Virus record (IMG/VR): IMGVR_UViG_3300005673_000131
Coordinates: 78 to 64,077 of that record
Origin: a virus
Taxonomy: Duplodnaviria > Caudoviricetes
Direction: 5' to 3' (one strand)
DNA length: 64,000 nucleotides
Shown here piece by piece: positions 63,604-64,000 of this stretch. Within the stretch, counting starts at the first letter, position 1. Each line of letters starts with the position of its first letter. Below the pieces are notes generated by a model that had not been told where the DNA came from, searched no databases, and saw only the letters and a list, made by a program, of their open reading frames with translations. The translations under genes were made by a program, and so were the position numbers.

Positions 63604-63903
63604 ATGTTGAAGCTCGCGGGATATGTGGCGGCAGTCATGGTTGTGATGGTGGCCCTGCTCATGGGGCCAGTCTGGGCCATGGATCCGGCACAGACGAATT
63701 GCCCGGTTCAATTGCAGGACGCGCAGACACAAACCTTGCTGGTCGCCCAGTCGCGCGATCAGTACGAACAGCGCTTGGCGCAAGCCATTCGCGCCAATCA
63801 AGACTTGAGCCGGATGGCCGATGCGGCGTCGGCTGAAATCAAGAAGTTGAAAGAGGAACTGGCGAAGCTGAAACCGGCTCATCCAGAAGAGGCACCGAAA
63901 TAG
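63604..63903 (+). CDS. Exported coiled-coil protein
   Basis: MLKLAGYVAAVMVVMVALLMGPVWA|M; AAGGAG RBS. Confidence 0.65.
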   Translation: MLKLAGYVAAVMVVMVALLMGPVWAMDPAQTNCPVQLQDAQTQTLLVAQSRDQYEQRLAQAIRANQDLSRMADAASAEIKKLKEELAKLKPAHPEEAPK

Positions 63904-64000
63904 ATGGCGGAACTGTGGCTGATCTGGATCAGTCTCTTCCTGCTCGGGTTGATCGGTTTACTCGGTGTGGGTGCCGTCGTGGGTGCGATTCTCTGGTGGT
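63904..64000 (+). CDS. Partial membrane protein running off the window
   Basis: MAELWLIWISLFLLGLIGLLGVGAVVGAILWW. Confidence 0.5.
   Translation, partial: MAELWLIWISLFLLGLIGLLGVGAVVGAILWW

Noticed and set aside
1-64000. CRISPR array, DGR/retron reverse transcriptase or complete tRNA/rRNA genes
   Set aside because: No repeat-spacer periodicity, no RT (YxDD) gene, no TR/VR duplicate and no full cloverleaf seen

Overview
The window is nearly a whole genome of a temperate, podovirus-like tailed phage (about 60% GC by eye), with no host genes. It is opened inside the tail-accessory block, which appears at both window ends (58.8-64 kb and 1-6.6 kb). Gene order: tail-accessory genes, lysis cassette (M15 peptidase, holin, spanins), ejection proteins including a 2878-aa polyvalent protein, a leftward early operon (RtcB, replication initiator, MTase/SNF2, recombination genes, Xis), an RHH-based switch, a tyrosine integrase with an intact attP carrying the 5' half of tRNA-Ser(TGA), an origin-like non-coding block, an Acb2/Tad1-like gene, terminase with a homing intein, portal plus GIY-YIG endonuclease, scaffold, N4-gp56-type capsid, adaptor, nozzle and tail fibre. 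The most striking observation is that nearly every complete gene from the tail fibre through the accessory block (11 genes) starts with a classical export signal peptide, and most mature products have paired cysteines. Capsid, portal, adaptor and nozzle lack such peptides. This suggests virion appendages that are exported and folded in the periplasm. All family assignments come from motif recognition by eye; no searches were run.
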